A stretch of 64,000 bases of DNA from a virus (lineage: Duplodnaviria; Caudoviricetes): positions 1 through 64,000 of the IMG/VR virus record IMGVR_UViG_3300001528_000580. One strand, 5' to 3'. Made by a program: the position numbers and the translations under genes. Positions 1-9,893 of the stretch are shown here, piece after piece. Position 1 is the first letter of the stretch. Every line of letters starts with the position of its first letter. The notes below the pieces were generated by a model. It saw only the letters and a list, made by a program, of their open reading frames with translations. It was not told the DNA's origin and did not search any database.

Positions 1-160
1 AATTCCCGCTGCAAATGGTCAAACATGGACATTTGATACTTTCAATGGTACAGTTCAATTTGCGAATGGTGAAACACCTGCTGCCCATCCAACATAGGGC
101 AACATAAAGATTAGAGCATTCGCATATGTTGGTAAAAAATTAAATTCAGTTATTAGTGAT

Positions 161-1834
161 ATGAATAATATATTAAATACTGATATAGATGAATTTAATG
201 ATAGTAATTTAACTGTCTATAAAGAAACTTTTCAATTTTCTGATATGACAAAAGTTGATAATAACTATGAAAAAAATGTTTCTGGTTTTCTAATATGTGT
301 AAAAGATTCAGATGGTCTAATGATTGGAGAGGTTTCATATAACTCCGATGGTTCAAGTAAAGTTATCTTTGAACAATTTGATACTGAATTAGAAAATAAA
401 TATAAAGATAGTACTTTTACTGCTTATATTTTTAAGACAAAGAATAATGAATTGATAGATTTTTTACCACCTGAAATAATTGAAGTAATAAGCTCATCTT
501 CAACAAGTTCTTTTAGTAGTATTCAATCTTCTGAAACATCAAGTAGTAGCGAAACTTCATTATCTAGTGAAACTTCAAATTCAAGCAGTAGTAGTTTAAG
601 TTCTGATTCAAGTGATAATTCACCATCTTCTGAAAGTACTTCTTCTGAAAGTAGTATTCAATCTTCTGAATCTTCTAATAGTAGCACAAGTTCAATGACA
701 TCTGATAGTTCAACAGGAAGTGACAGTAGCACAGGTAGCGATAGTAGTACAGGTAGTGGTGGTTCTGGCGGAGAAGGCGGTTCAGGAGCAGGTGGAGAAC
801 CTCCATCAACTGATGATATTGTAGAACATCCAACTCCATTACAAACTGCAAACTATGGAGCATTGATAGGTTGTTATTTTAATGCAGATGGAACAAAGAA
901 TTGTGATAGAAAATTTATGGGAGTTAGACCATTTAGTAAGATAACTCCAAATTCAGTATTTGTTTCTAGTGGAACAACTGCTAATATTGGTAGTAAATAT
1001 TATTATACATATCCCTATACAGATGGTCCGTATATTGAATGGCATGTCATTTCTCCAATATTTGAGTCAGCAAATGGTGCTACTACTGATGATGATATGA
1101 AGGCGGCAAATAATGCGGCAAGAGCACAAGCAGAAGCATGGATGGTATCAAATGGATATTGGACATCCGAATCTGATCATTCATGGACAGAAGAAGGACA
1201 AGCATTGTATGCTAAGACTTGTGAATGTTTTGAATTAGCATTAACAACAGAATGTTTTAGAAAAACTGTTACTGATTCACAAGGTCAATCTCATTCAGTA
1301 ATTGCATGTCCAGACTCAATAGGAGAAAGAGCAGGTCATATATTTATTGGAGAATATTTTAATAGAAAATTAATTCGTTATGAAGGAGATAAACTTATAT
1401 TGTTAGAAACAGGTGTTGCACAAGATGCACAATATGGTGTAGGTAATCCAAGTGAGGCAGAAACAGTTGTTTTCGATACAGTTGCATATAAATCAAGTAG
1501 TGAAGAAGGTGAAACAATATTTACAACAGATAAAGAAGATATTGAAACAGAATTTGCATCTAAAACAAATGAGTGGAAAAATCTTCGTGTATTAACAAAG
1601 TGTGATTGTTTTAATCAAGTAAATGTTGTTGTATGTAGATATGATGGAACAGATTCAGAAGGAAATGAAATAATAACCTGTTCTGATGATGATAGTGTAA
1701 TGGTAAGTAAAATTCAAACTGTCAGTATATCAGATGATCAAAAATATGTTTTATATGGTGACAAATGGTGTCCAATTGGTGAAAAATTTGACATAGATAC
1801 CTATGTAGGTCCGGCAACTGGTCATAATAATTAA
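161..1834 (+). CDS. C-terminal part of a large virion/tail-like protein with a Ser/Gly-rich linker and Cys-rich repeats; true start lies upstream of the window
   Basis: The same frame is open from position 2 except for one TAG at 95-97. Ser-rich linker. Two CxCF...C...DSxG...IxCxD repeats. Confidence 0.6.
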   Translation: MNNILNTDIDEFNDSNLTVYKETFQFSDMTKVDNNYEKNVSGFLICVKDSDGLMIGEVSYNSDGSSKVIFEQFDTELENKYKDSTFTAYIFKTKNNELIDFLPPEIIEVISSSSTSSFSSIQSSETSSSSETSLSSETSNSSSSSLSSDSSDNSPSSESTSSESSIQSSESSNSSTSSMTSDSSTGSDSSTGSDSSTGSGGSGGEGGSGAGGEPPSTDDIVEHPTPLQTANYGALIGCYFNADGTKNCDRKFMGVRPFSKITPNSVFVSSGTTANIGSKYYYTYPYTDGPYIEWHVISPIFESANGATTDDDMKAANNAARAQAEAWMVSNGYWTSESDHSWTEEGQALYAKTCECFELALTTECFRKTVTDSQGQSHSVIACPDSIGERAGHIFIGEYFNRKLIRYEGDKLILLETGVAQDAQYGVGNPSEAETVVFDTVAYKSSSEEGETIFTTDKEDIETEFASKTNEWKNLRVLTKCDCFNQVNVVVCRYDGTDSEGNEIITCSDDDSVMVSKIQTVSISDDQKYVLYGDKWCPIGEKFDIDTYVGPATGHNN

Positions 1835-1848
1835 TTGGAGATGTTATA

Positions 1849-2469
1849 ATGGCTTGTTCATGTAATAAATTTAAATTAGTTAAACCAATAGAAACTTGTT
1901 TATTTTGTGCTCATAAGCATATTGCATCAGCAATGTCATTATATAATGAAGATGCTAGTTCAATTGATAATTCATATATAATTGGACAATTGAATTTAGC
2001 ATCTTGGCATTATAATAGTGATTTTGCTATTGAAAGAGATATGTGTTTAAACATAATAAATAAGATCAATAATGGAGTTGATTATAAAGTTGATTTGTCA
2101 AAATTAGTTGAAGTTGCATGGAATTTAGTTTTAGAAAATCAAGATTCTAAAGTTGTTTATGATATTCATAATTTAGAAGAAGAAAAACCAGAAAAATCCG
2201 ATATTTTTAAAGCTAATATTGCAATCTCAACAGCAAATGCTTTGTATAATTATGAATTAAATTATAAATCTATTAATTCTAGTTTTGCAATAGGTCAATT
2301 AATAACAGCTGCATGGCATTTGCAAACTGATTATATGGGTTTAGCAATGGCATGTAGAGATTGTTGGTTAAAAATAGAAAAATTACAAGATTGTAAATCA
2401 ATGTTGGATGATTTGCAAAAAAGAATGTGGTTGTTAACTTGTGATATTAGAGGTAAAAATGGCAACTAA
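1849..2469 (+). CDS. hypothetical protein with internal two-fold repeat
   Basis: GGAG RBS; SYIIGQLNLASWH / SFAIGQLITAAWH repeat; N-terminal CSC and CLFC. Confidence 0.7.
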   Translation: MACSCNKFKLVKPIETCLFCAHKHIASAMSLYNEDASSIDNSYIIGQLNLASWHYNSDFAIERDMCLNIINKINNGVDYKVDLSKLVEVAWNLVLENQDSKVVYDIHNLEEEKPEKSDIFKANIAISTANALYNYELNYKSINSSFAIGQLITAAWHLQTDYMGLAMACRDCWLKIEKLQDCKSMLDDLQKRMWLLTCDIRGKNGN

Positions 2470-3259
2470 TATAGTAATAAAAAAGTTAGAGAATAAAGTT
2501 TTTGATGATCATGTAGAAGCACAAGAAAGATTAATTGAGCTTGGTATAAATTCAGATGTTAATAGTGAAACTTATAAAGATTTAGCTGAACAAGTAAGAG
2601 AAACGTGTCCTTGTTATTGTTATTTTAGCAAAAGGATAAGTTATACTGTTTTATTAAAGTATTCTGGACATTATACTACAGCAATATCATATTCAGATGG
2701 ATATAAAACTCTTACAGAATATGAAATTACTGGCGAAGGAGTTGGAACAATACAAAAGGGAAATAGTTCATGTAATGTTCCAATTGTTAGTTATTGTAAA
2801 ACATATAAAGATATGATGCATGTTCCAAATGATTATAATATACCTAATTTTGCATGTCCATCATTATCAATTACAAAAAACTCTAATTTTTCAGTAAAAA
2901 TATCAGATGATTGTAAACATTGGATTTTTTCTTATAGTCCTTCTTGGTCAGGTCAAATAAGTTACGATGTAATGAATCCTGATTCTCCACCATCAGGTTG
3001 TTTTGAAGAATCTTTTTCTTTTTCTTATAATACAAATATGTTACAAGAAGAAATTTATCCAGAAGTGACAAGCGCATATCCAGATGGTAGCATGAAATTA
3101 GTTTATCATTCTGAATCTCAAAATGATAATCTTGGCGATCCAATAAATTATTTAACTGATGTTGTAATTGAAGCAACAGTAACTCCAACAGTTGATAATT
3201 ATAATACATTGAATTCTATCAATTCATTGTACAATGAATTAAATGATACCTTAAAATAA
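2459..3259 (+). CDS. hypothetical Cys-containing protein, paralog of 3272-4123
   Basis: ATG at 2459 after GAGG; N-terminus MATNI matches the next gene. Confidence 0.75.
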   Translation: MATNIVIKKLENKVFDDHVEAQERLIELGINSDVNSETYKDLAEQVRETCPCYCYFSKRISYTVLLKYSGHYTTAISYSDGYKTLTEYEITGEGVGTIQKGNSSCNVPIVSYCKTYKDMMHVPNDYNIPNFACPSLSITKNSNFSVKISDDCKHWIFSYSPSWSGQISYDVMNPDSPPSGCFEESFSFSYNTNMLQEEIYPEVTSAYPDGSMKLVYHSESQNDNLGDPINYLTDVVIEATVTPTVDNYNTLNSINSLYNELNDTLK

Positions 3260-3271
3260 TAGGGATATAAA

Positions 3272-4123
3272 ATGGCAACCAATATAATAATTAATAAGTT
3301 AGAAAACAAAGTTTTTGACGATCATATAGAAGCAGAAAAAAGATTAAATGAGCTTGGTATTAATGCAGATATTACCAGCGAGACATATCAAAATCTTGCG
3401 GATCAAGTAAGAGAAGCGTGTCCATGTAATTGTTATTTCAGCAAAAGAAAAGCATATGCAGTTAGTGTTAGTTATAAAGGTAAAAGTAATCGAAAAGAAG
3501 ATACTATATCTAAATCTGGAAATGGCGGCACAGTTCAAATGTTTCATAATTATGAGCTTGAAGGTAATGGAAGTGGATATATTGAAAAAGGTAGTACTAC
3601 TGGTTCAATTGATGTAACAGGAACAATATCAATGAGACAAGAAGCTGCTGGACAAGATTTTGAAGAATTTGATCCAGGACCTAATAAGGCTTGTAATTCT
3701 CAAAATACAACAACAGGGAAAACAACATTTTCAATTAAATTGTCAGATGATTGTAAACATTGGATTTTTTCTTATAACCCTGTTTGGTTTGCAGGATATG
3801 TAGATGAATATTCAGGTGAATGTTATACATCTGTTGATGAAATAACAACTGTATTTGACAATGTCAAAAATAATAACAATTTATCAGAAGAAGTTTATCC
3901 AGAAGCAACGACTGCTTTTCCAACAGGAACTATGAAATTAGTTTACACGGTCAATATTGATGAAGATAGACCAGATTCAGATCCAGAATCAACTGTTTAT
4001 TGGCATATTTTCCAAAATTCTGAACTTGAATTAAGTGCAACAGTTACACCAATAGATGATAATGAAAATTCATTAAATACAATTAATTCATTATATAGTG
4101 ATTTAGACAATTCATTAAAATAA
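3272..4123 (+). CDS. hypothetical Cys-containing protein, paralog of 2459-3259
   Basis: Shared blocks KLENKVFDDH, CPCxCYFSKR, SDDCKHWIFSY, MKLVY, ATVTP. Confidence 0.75.
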   Translation: MATNIIINKLENKVFDDHIEAEKRLNELGINADITSETYQNLADQVREACPCNCYFSKRKAYAVSVSYKGKSNRKEDTISKSGNGGTVQMFHNYELEGNGSGYIEKGSTTGSIDVTGTISMRQEAAGQDFEEFDPGPNKACNSQNTTTGKTTFSIKLSDDCKHWIFSYNPVWFAGYVDEYSGECYTSVDEITTVFDNVKNNNNLSEEVYPEATTAFPTGTMKLVYTVNIDEDRPDSDPESTVYWHIFQNSELELSATVTPIDDNENSLNTINSLYSDLDNSLK

Positions 4124-4126
4124 AAT

Positions 4127-4154
4127 TTGATTTTTAAATAATAAGTGTTATATT
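4127..4154 (+). promoter_or_regulatory. sigma70-like promoter TTGATT-N16-TATATT
   Basis: Same geometry recurs at 17 intergenic sites in the window. Confidence 0.65.
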
Positions 4155-4186
4155 ATTATATAAATGATTTTAATGAGGAAATAAAA

Positions 4187-4735
4187 ATGAAAAAAATTGA
4201 AATAATTAGTGATGATGCTGTTTATAATGGAAAATTCATTGATATGAAACAAACATTATATGCAGTAGATGGTGATATATTTAGTTGGGAGTATGCTACA
4301 AGAAAAAATAAAACAAAAGCTGTAATGATAGTAGCTCATAATAACGGTAAGTTGTTGTTAACAAGTGAATATAGAGTTCCAATTAAAGGAAGGGAAATAG
4401 GTTTTCCAGCAGGGTTAGTTGAAGAAGATGAAGATATTTCAGATGCAATTGTTAGAGAGTTTAAAGAAGAAACAGGAATGAATATTGATAAAATTCATGA
4501 TATAAGTGGTGAAGTATATAATAGTTGTGGAATAACAGATGAATCTATTTTTATTGCATTTTGTGAATGTTCTGGTAAAATTTCTGGTAAGTTTTTAGAA
4601 AAGCAAGAAGATATTAAAGCATTTTTTGTTGATAAAAACGATATAATCAAATTATTAAATGATAAAGAAAACAAATTTGGAGCAAAGACTTGGTTAATTT
4701 TAAATATGTTTTCTAAATATGGTTGGCAATATTAA
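4187..4735 (+). CDS. Nudix hydrolase (ADP-ribose pyrophosphatase-like)
   Basis: Nudix box GLVEEDEDISDAIVREFKEETG; ATG at 4187 after GAGGA. Confidence 0.9.
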   Translation: MKKIEIISDDAVYNGKFIDMKQTLYAVDGDIFSWEYATRKNKTKAVMIVAHNNGKLLLTSEYRVPIKGREIGFPAGLVEEDEDISDAIVREFKEETGMNIDKIHDISGEVYNSCGITDESIFIAFCECSGKISGKFLEKQEDIKAFFVDKNDIIKLLNDKENKFGAKTWLILNMFSKYGWQY

Positions 4736-4741
4736 AAATAA

Positions 4742-4769
4742 TTGTATTTTTTTATATTATTTATATATT
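4742..4769 (+). promoter_or_regulatory. promoter TTGTAT-N16-TATATT
   Basis: matches the recurrent consensus. Confidence 0.5.
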
Positions 4770-4827
4770 ATATGAGATGACAATTTTTATATTAAAGTTT
4801 TAACAATTTAAATGGAGAAAACGATAT

Positions 4828-5028
4828 ATGCCTTATATGTGTGAAGATGGTATGTTTATTCTGTTTGTGTGTACATATTTAATTTTTATTTTTGCATGTA
4901 TATATTCGTTGGCAGTCGTTTTCCATTTAGAAAAACAAATAGTAGATATTGAGAAAGAAAATAAAAAATTGTCAGAAGAAAATGAAAAGTTAAAGGTTAA
5001 CTTTGTTAATGATACGAATGAAAAATAA
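4828..5028 (+). CDS. small membrane protein with coiled-coil tail
   Basis: GGAG RBS, hydrophobic segment, charged C-terminus. Confidence 0.6.
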   Translation: MPYMCEDGMFILFVCTYLIFIFACIYSLAVVFHLEKQIVDIEKENKKLSEENEKLKVNFVNDTNEK

Positions 5029-5036
5029 GGTAAAAT

Positions 5037-5582
5037 ATGAAATATTTTTTTGATTTCGAGTTTGAGGAAAAATCATATCACAATGGAGTGGCTATCGAAA
5101 TTATTTCTTTAGGAATTACAGATTTAAATGGAAATAATTTATATTTAGTAAATAAAGATTATAATTGGTATGATTGTAAAAATAAATGGCTATTAGAAAA
5201 TGTTAGACCATATTTAAATGTAAATAGCGAAGATATTTTTGAAAAAAATTATTATGTTAATTTTAATGATTTTAAAAATATATTAATTAATTATTTTAAT
5301 GAAACATCAGATGGAGTTATTGAGTTATATGGATATTTTGCAGACTATGATCATGTTTGCTTATCTTCAATATTTGGTAGAATGATTGATTTACCAGAGT
5401 TCATGCCAATGTATACAAAAGATTTAAAACAATATTGTGATGATTTATTTTTAACAGAAGATGTTATAAAGGATGAATGTCCTTTAAGTGGTAATGAACA
5501 TTGTTCATTAGATGATGCAAAGTGGAATAAAGAATTATATTCATTTATTCAAAGCGTTTCAGAGGATTTTATTAATATTTAA
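5037..5582 (+). CDS. DEDD 3'-5' exonuclease (Rv2179c-like)
   Basis: FFDFEF, IISLG, YDHV, HCSLDDAKW motifs. Confidence 0.8.
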   Translation: MKYFFDFEFEEKSYHNGVAIEIISLGITDLNGNNLYLVNKDYNWYDCKNKWLLENVRPYLNVNSEDIFEKNYYVNFNDFKNILINYFNETSDGVIELYGYFADYDHVCLSSIFGRMIDLPEFMPMYTKDLKQYCDDLFLTEDVIKDECPLSGNEHCSLDDAKWNKELYSFIQSVSEDFINI

Positions 5583-5596
5583 AAAGGAGATATGTT

Positions 5597-5923
5597 ATGG
5601 AACATATGGCAAGTGTAGTTGATCCGCAAAAGGTTAGAGAAGAAAAAGTTCAAAGTATTTGGTCTAAATTTAGTTATTTGTTACGTCATGACCAAAAAAA
5701 TAATATTATGTATTTAATATCAATTATATCAGATAACAAAGAATGGTTAAATAAAAGTAAAGAAGAGTTAAAAAATGAAATTTTACAGTTTATAATTAAC
5801 GAATTTTCTTATGCAGAACAAATAAATATGTTTGTTATTGTTGGAGATACAAGGTTATTTGATGAAATATTTGAAGTATTAAATATTTTAAAAAGTGATG
5901 AGTTTAAAAACATTTTCAAATAG
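5597..5923 (+). CDS. hypothetical protein
   Basis: AAGGAG RBS, 108 aa ORF. Confidence 0.65.
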   Translation: MEHMASVVDPQKVREEKVQSIWSKFSYLLRHDQKNNIMYLISIISDNKEWLNKSKEELKNEILQFIINEFSYAEQINMFVIVGDTRLFDEIFEVLNILKSDEFKNIFK

Positions 5924-5948
5924 AAATATTAGTTAAAATATTAACGAT

Positions 5949-5991
5949 TAGCATGTTAACTTTAATTGAGCTAACATGCTATATTTTTTTT
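5949..5991 (+). terminator. intrinsic terminator
   Basis: TAGCATGTTA/TAACATGCTA stem followed by T-run. Confidence 0.6.
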
Positions 5992-6050
5992 AATATTTTT
6001 TACTAGTTAAAAGAAGTTTTTAATAACAAAAAAAGGGTCTGTTTTTTATC

Positions 6051-6350
6051 ATGGAAAAAAATAATAACGAAAATCATATCTTAACATATAAAGTAGCTTG
6101 TGGTGTATTAGGAACAATACTTTTGCTGTTATTAACAATTGTGGGCTTTTTCTTTTCAAGTTGGATGAATTTGATTGACAGAGCTAATGATAAAATATTA
6201 AAGAACACAGAAAGCATGAGCCTAGATTTAATGCAAGTTCGACTAAAAATCACAGAACTAGAAAGTAAAATGCTAACTAATGAAAGTGTTCGTTCAATCA
6301 CTCGTGAAGAAATTTACAAATATCACGTGCAACATCCTAATGAAAAATAA
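6051..6350 (+). CDS. single-TM membrane protein (holin-like candidate)
   Basis: N-terminal hydrophobic helix plus coiled coil. Confidence 0.5.
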   Translation: MEKNNNENHILTYKVACGVLGTILLLLLTIVGFFFSSWMNLIDRANDKILKNTESMSLDLMQVRLKITELESKMLTNESVRSITREEIYKYHVQHPNEK

Positions 6351-6353
6351 TGA

Positions 6354-7022
6354 TTAAATTATATATTCATTATCATTTATATCTATACATTTAAACTTAC
6401 CACCAAACATTTTTTCATATTGTTTAAATATTGGTTTTTGTTTAATTTTTATTTTATCAGTAATTTCCATTATTCCAAATAGATCATTGTTATTTTTAAA
6501 CCAATGACAACCCATTCCATGATCTTCCATTAGATCTTTAAATATTGGACTTTTTTCATTTCCACTTATATCTACTAAAACATATGTATTATCTTCATTT
6601 TTACATAATAAATGATAATTTAAATCAATAATTGTTCTTATTAATTTATATGTTTTTGATATTTGTTCTAGATTTTCATTAATTAAATAATATTTATTTC
6701 TTTCTTTTGCAACAATAGCATGGGTTCTAAAATCAAATAGAATATTTCCTTGTTCGCCTTTTTCATTGGTTTTAAAAAATATAAATTCATCTAATATTTT
6801 TAAATTTATAGGATCAACAATATATATTTTGTTGTTTCTCGAACTTTTAACAGCAATATAATTATTAAACTTTTCTATAAGTTTACCACCATGAGTATAA
6901 ACATAACTTTCATTAGTTTGAATATTTTTATATATTTCAGGTTCTTTAAGTAATTCAGTTGCACTTGGTACATTTAAAAGATCATAAATTTGATATAATT
7001 TATCTCTTAAGCTATATTTCAT
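6354..7022 (-). CDS. hypothetical beta-repeat protein (WG-repeat-like)
   Basis: GAGGA RBS; repeated Y(I/L/V)(V/I/L)(D/N)xxxx segments. Confidence 0.55.
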   Translation of the reverse strand: MKYSLRDKLYQIYDLLNVPSATELLKEPEIYKNIQTNESYVYTHGGKLIEKFNNYIAVKSSRNNKIYIVDPINLKILDEFIFFKTNEKGEQGNILFDFRTHAIVAKERNKYYLINENLEQISKTYKLIRTIIDLNYHLLCKNEDNTYVLVDISGNEKSPIFKDLMEDHGMGCHWFKNNNDLFGIMEITDKIKIKQKPIFKQYEKMFGGKFKCIDINDNEYII

Positions 7023-7083
7023 ATTATTTCCTCACATATTTTTTATATTTTTAATAGACTAAAAATATAAAGGATTTATAAAA

Positions 7084-7743
7084 ATGAATATTAATCAAAA
7101 CTATTATAGAACAATGTTATTATCTAATAAAAAGGATGATATTAAAATAAAATGTTTTATTATTTTCTTATTAAATAATAATGAAGATTTTTATGATAAA
7201 GTCATTGAAAAAATAAATAGAAATTATTATGATATAGATAATAGTAAAATTAATCTCAATAAATATCATATCGAGTTAGCTTTAAAAGAATTTAATGAGG
7301 ATGATGACAAAAAAAGATTTAAGAATAATTTAGAGCAAGGGAAATATAAATTATCTTATTATTGGAATCAGATATATAAATTATTTAAAAAAGAGATAGA
7401 TGATTTATATAATGAACAATATGATAGAACAAAATTAAAAGTAGAAAAAAATTTCAGTAAAATAAAATATATTATTGAAAAATATAATATTAAAGATTCA
7501 AGTGAACAGGAATTAAAAAAGCGTGGAATTGATTCTATTTCAGATAAAGATTTATTATATGTTGTATATGATAATTTAATTGATGAAGAAGATTATAAAG
7601 GTGCAGAATATATTGTAAATTTATTGAATGATAAATCTTTGAAATTAAAATTTGAAAAAGATAGAGTTCAACAAGGTGAATTTAAATTTGGAACTGTATC
7701 TGCTAAGTTAGATTTCTTATCAAGAATGATTTTAAGAGCTTGA
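7084..7743 (+). CDS. hypothetical protein
   Basis: AAGGA RBS, 219 aa. Confidence 0.65.
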   Translation: MNINQNYYRTMLLSNKKDDIKIKCFIIFLLNNNEDFYDKVIEKINRNYYDIDNSKINLNKYHIELALKEFNEDDDKKRFKNNLEQGKYKLSYYWNQIYKLFKKEIDDLYNEQYDRTKLKVEKNFSKIKYIIEKYNIKDSSEQELKKRGIDSISDKDLLYVVYDNLIDEEDYKGAEYIVNLLNDKSLKLKFEKDRVQQGEFKFGTVSAKLDFLSRMILRA

Positions 7744-7767
7744 TTTTTTAAAAATATATGCTATATT
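7740..7767 (+). promoter_or_regulatory. promoter TTGATT-N16-TATATT with extended TG
   Basis: consensus match. Confidence 0.7.
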
Positions 7768-7796
7768 ATTCTTATTCTTAAATAGGAATTTGAATA

Positions 7797-8279
7797 ATGG
7801 AAAACGAATGTATTTTTTCAAGTGATAGAAAATATAGATATGTATTAAAACATTCTTGGATAGATATGTTTGACACCAAAGAAAAAGCAATTGTTTGGAT
7901 TGCATTGAATCCATCTACTGCTGATGAAAATAAGTTAGATCCAACATTAACTAGGATTAGAAATTTTTCATCTGACAATGGATTTAATACATTTTATATG
8001 CTAAATTTATTTGCTTATAGAGCTACAAATCCTAAAGATATGTTATTACAAGAAGATCCAATTGGAATAGATAATAATTATTGGATTAATAAAATATGTC
8101 ATGAAAATAAAATTGTAGTATGTAGTTGGGGAGTTTTAGGTAATCATTTAAATAGGCAAAACGAAGTTTTGAATATAATAAATGATTGTGATTTAAGATA
8201 TTTAGAATTATCAAAAAACAATATTCCTAAGCACCCATTATATTTAAAATCAAACAGTACATTAAAAAGGTTGAAATAA
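7797..8279 (+). CDS. DUF1643 family protein
   Basis: YRYxL, LNPSTAD, DPT, NLFAYRATNP, WG, PKHPLY motifs. Confidence 0.9.
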   Translation: MENECIFSSDRKYRYVLKHSWIDMFDTKEKAIVWIALNPSTADENKLDPTLTRIRNFSSDNGFNTFYMLNLFAYRATNPKDMLLQEDPIGIDNNYWINKICHENKIVVCSWGVLGNHLNRQNEVLNIINDCDLRYLELSKNNIPKHPLYLKSNSTLKRLK

Positions 8280-8280
8280 A

Positions 8281-9042
8281 ATGGATTATTTAAACGGTAT
8301 TGCTAAAAGTCTCGATGATTATTTAAAAAAGATGATTCCACAAGAGTTACTAGAACCATTGGAAAATAAAGAATATGAATCTGAATATAAGAAATTTAAA
8401 TTTATAGATAATACAAAAAAGTTTAATTTATTTGGAAAATTAATAAAAGAAATTGAGTGTGCAGAAAAGATTGGTAAAAAAATAGAATTTATATTATTTT
8501 CAAATAAATATAGGTGTTTTCTTGAAACAGGAATAAATACTGAATCAATGAAACATTATACAAATGAAATAATGGGTATTAAATGTGGATTTTCTAATAA
8601 GATAGAAAAAGGATTTGTTGTATTTTATAAAAAAGTAGATGATTATAATAAAAATATTAATCATGCGTCATGTAATGATTGTATACATGTTCAGAATATA
8701 ACTGATATTAAAGAATTAAAAGAACAATTAAGTGAAGATTCAAATATAAAAGAAGGAGATATTATAGTTGTTTCAAATTCAAATGAGTTAAATGGATCTT
8801 ATTATATATCTTCTATTAAACCTGTTGTAATAACAAAAATACTTAATAAAGATGATGTTTATAATGGTTTTAAACATTATTATACGTCTAATGGGAATGT
8901 TAAATTTAAATCAACACCATATGATAACAATTATTTTAGAGATTATTATATAAATAGTTATTCTACTATTGATTCTAACACATCGGATACATCTTCAACA
9001 TGGAAAAACATCACCATGTGGTCAAGTAATTCAGGAGTGTAA
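8281..9042 (+). CDS. hypothetical protein (contains capsid A-domain-like segment)
   Basis: 253 aa ORF in operon. Confidence 0.6.
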   Translation: MDYLNGIAKSLDDYLKKMIPQELLEPLENKEYESEYKKFKFIDNTKKFNLFGKLIKEIECAEKIGKKIEFILFSNKYRCFLETGINTESMKHYTNEIMGIKCGFSNKIEKGFVVFYKKVDDYNKNINHASCNDCIHVQNITDIKELKEQLSEDSNIKEGDIIVVSNSNELNGSYYISSIKPVVITKILNKDDVYNGFKHYYTSNGNVKFKSTPYDNNYFRDYYINSYSTIDSNTSDTSSTWKNITMWSSNSGV

Positions 9043-9045
9043 AAT

Positions 9046-9447
9046 ATGGTAAAGGTTATTACAATAAAACAACCGTGGGCAAATCTCATTGTTGAAGGAA
9101 TTAAAGATGTTGAAAATAGAACATGGCAAACAAAATACCGTGGTGAGATTTATGTTCATACATCTAAAAATTCATTTGATTTTTGGTCTTTGGATTATAT
9201 AAGAAAAATAGATGAATTGCTATATCAATATATAATGGAATATTTTGGAATAAAAGATAATAAAATAGCTAGAAATTTAAATCAATTTGGTTCTATTATA
9301 GGAAAAACTAATATTGTTGATATAGTTGATAATAGCGAAAGTATTTGGGCGATGAAAGATTCTTATCATTGGAAGTTGAAAAATTCTACTAGAATCAATC
9401 CTATACCATGCAAAGGTAAATTAAATATTTGGGAATATGAAATATGA
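9046..9447 (+). CDS. ASCH domain protein
   Basis: IKQPWA, GIKDVENRTW, YRG, GxIIG, CKGKLNIW. Confidence 0.9.
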   Translation: MVKVITIKQPWANLIVEGIKDVENRTWQTKYRGEIYVHTSKNSFDFWSLDYIRKIDELLYQYIMEYFGIKDNKIARNLNQFGSIIGKTNIVDIVDNSESIWAMKDSYHWKLKNSTRINPIPCKGKLNIWEYEI

Positions 9448-9848
9448 AAAAAGAATATTTTAAAGTTAAAGAAATTGTTTTAGATGCAAATGGTAATTTC
9501 AAAGAAACAATACATGATAAATGTTATAAATTTGAAACATTTGATATAGAATATATTTATTGTGTTAATAAAGAGCAAGAAAAAGTTCACGATCTTTCTG
9601 ATATATTAGTTGAATACAAAGCTACTGAAACATGCATTGTATGCCTTACAACAAGTATTCCTACGATTACTGTATATACATTGTTAATTAATGATGACGT
9701 TGCTGTAAATAGCATTAAAAAGAGAATGATTGTAGAGATGAATAATTTATTGCAAGAAGAACAAAGAAAAATGATAAATAGATTGAATTTATTTTCTAGT
9801 TTTATTAGCGAATTTAATAATGAAATTTTAAACAAATGGTTGAATTGA
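9444..9848 (+). CDS. hypothetical protein
   Basis: ATGA overlap with the ASCH gene. Confidence 0.6.
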   Translation: MKKEYFKVKEIVLDANGNFKETIHDKCYKFETFDIEYIYCVNKEQEKVHDLSDILVEYKATETCIVCLTTSIPTITVYTLLINDDVAVNSIKKRMIVEMNNLLQEEQRKMINRLNLFSSFISEFNNEILNKWLN

Positions 9849-9856
9849 TATAAACA

Positions 9857-9889
9857 AAAAATGGGTAGCGATATTCGCTACCCATTTTT
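9857..9889. terminator. bidirectional intrinsic terminator
   Basis: AAAAATGGGTAGCGA-tat-TCGCTACCCATTTTT between convergent genes. Confidence 0.85.
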
Positions 9890-9893
9890 CATC

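Noticed and set aside
490-800. Ser/Gly codon repeats as a DNA repeat element
   Set aside because: Explained by a low-complexity protein linker with varied synonymous codons.
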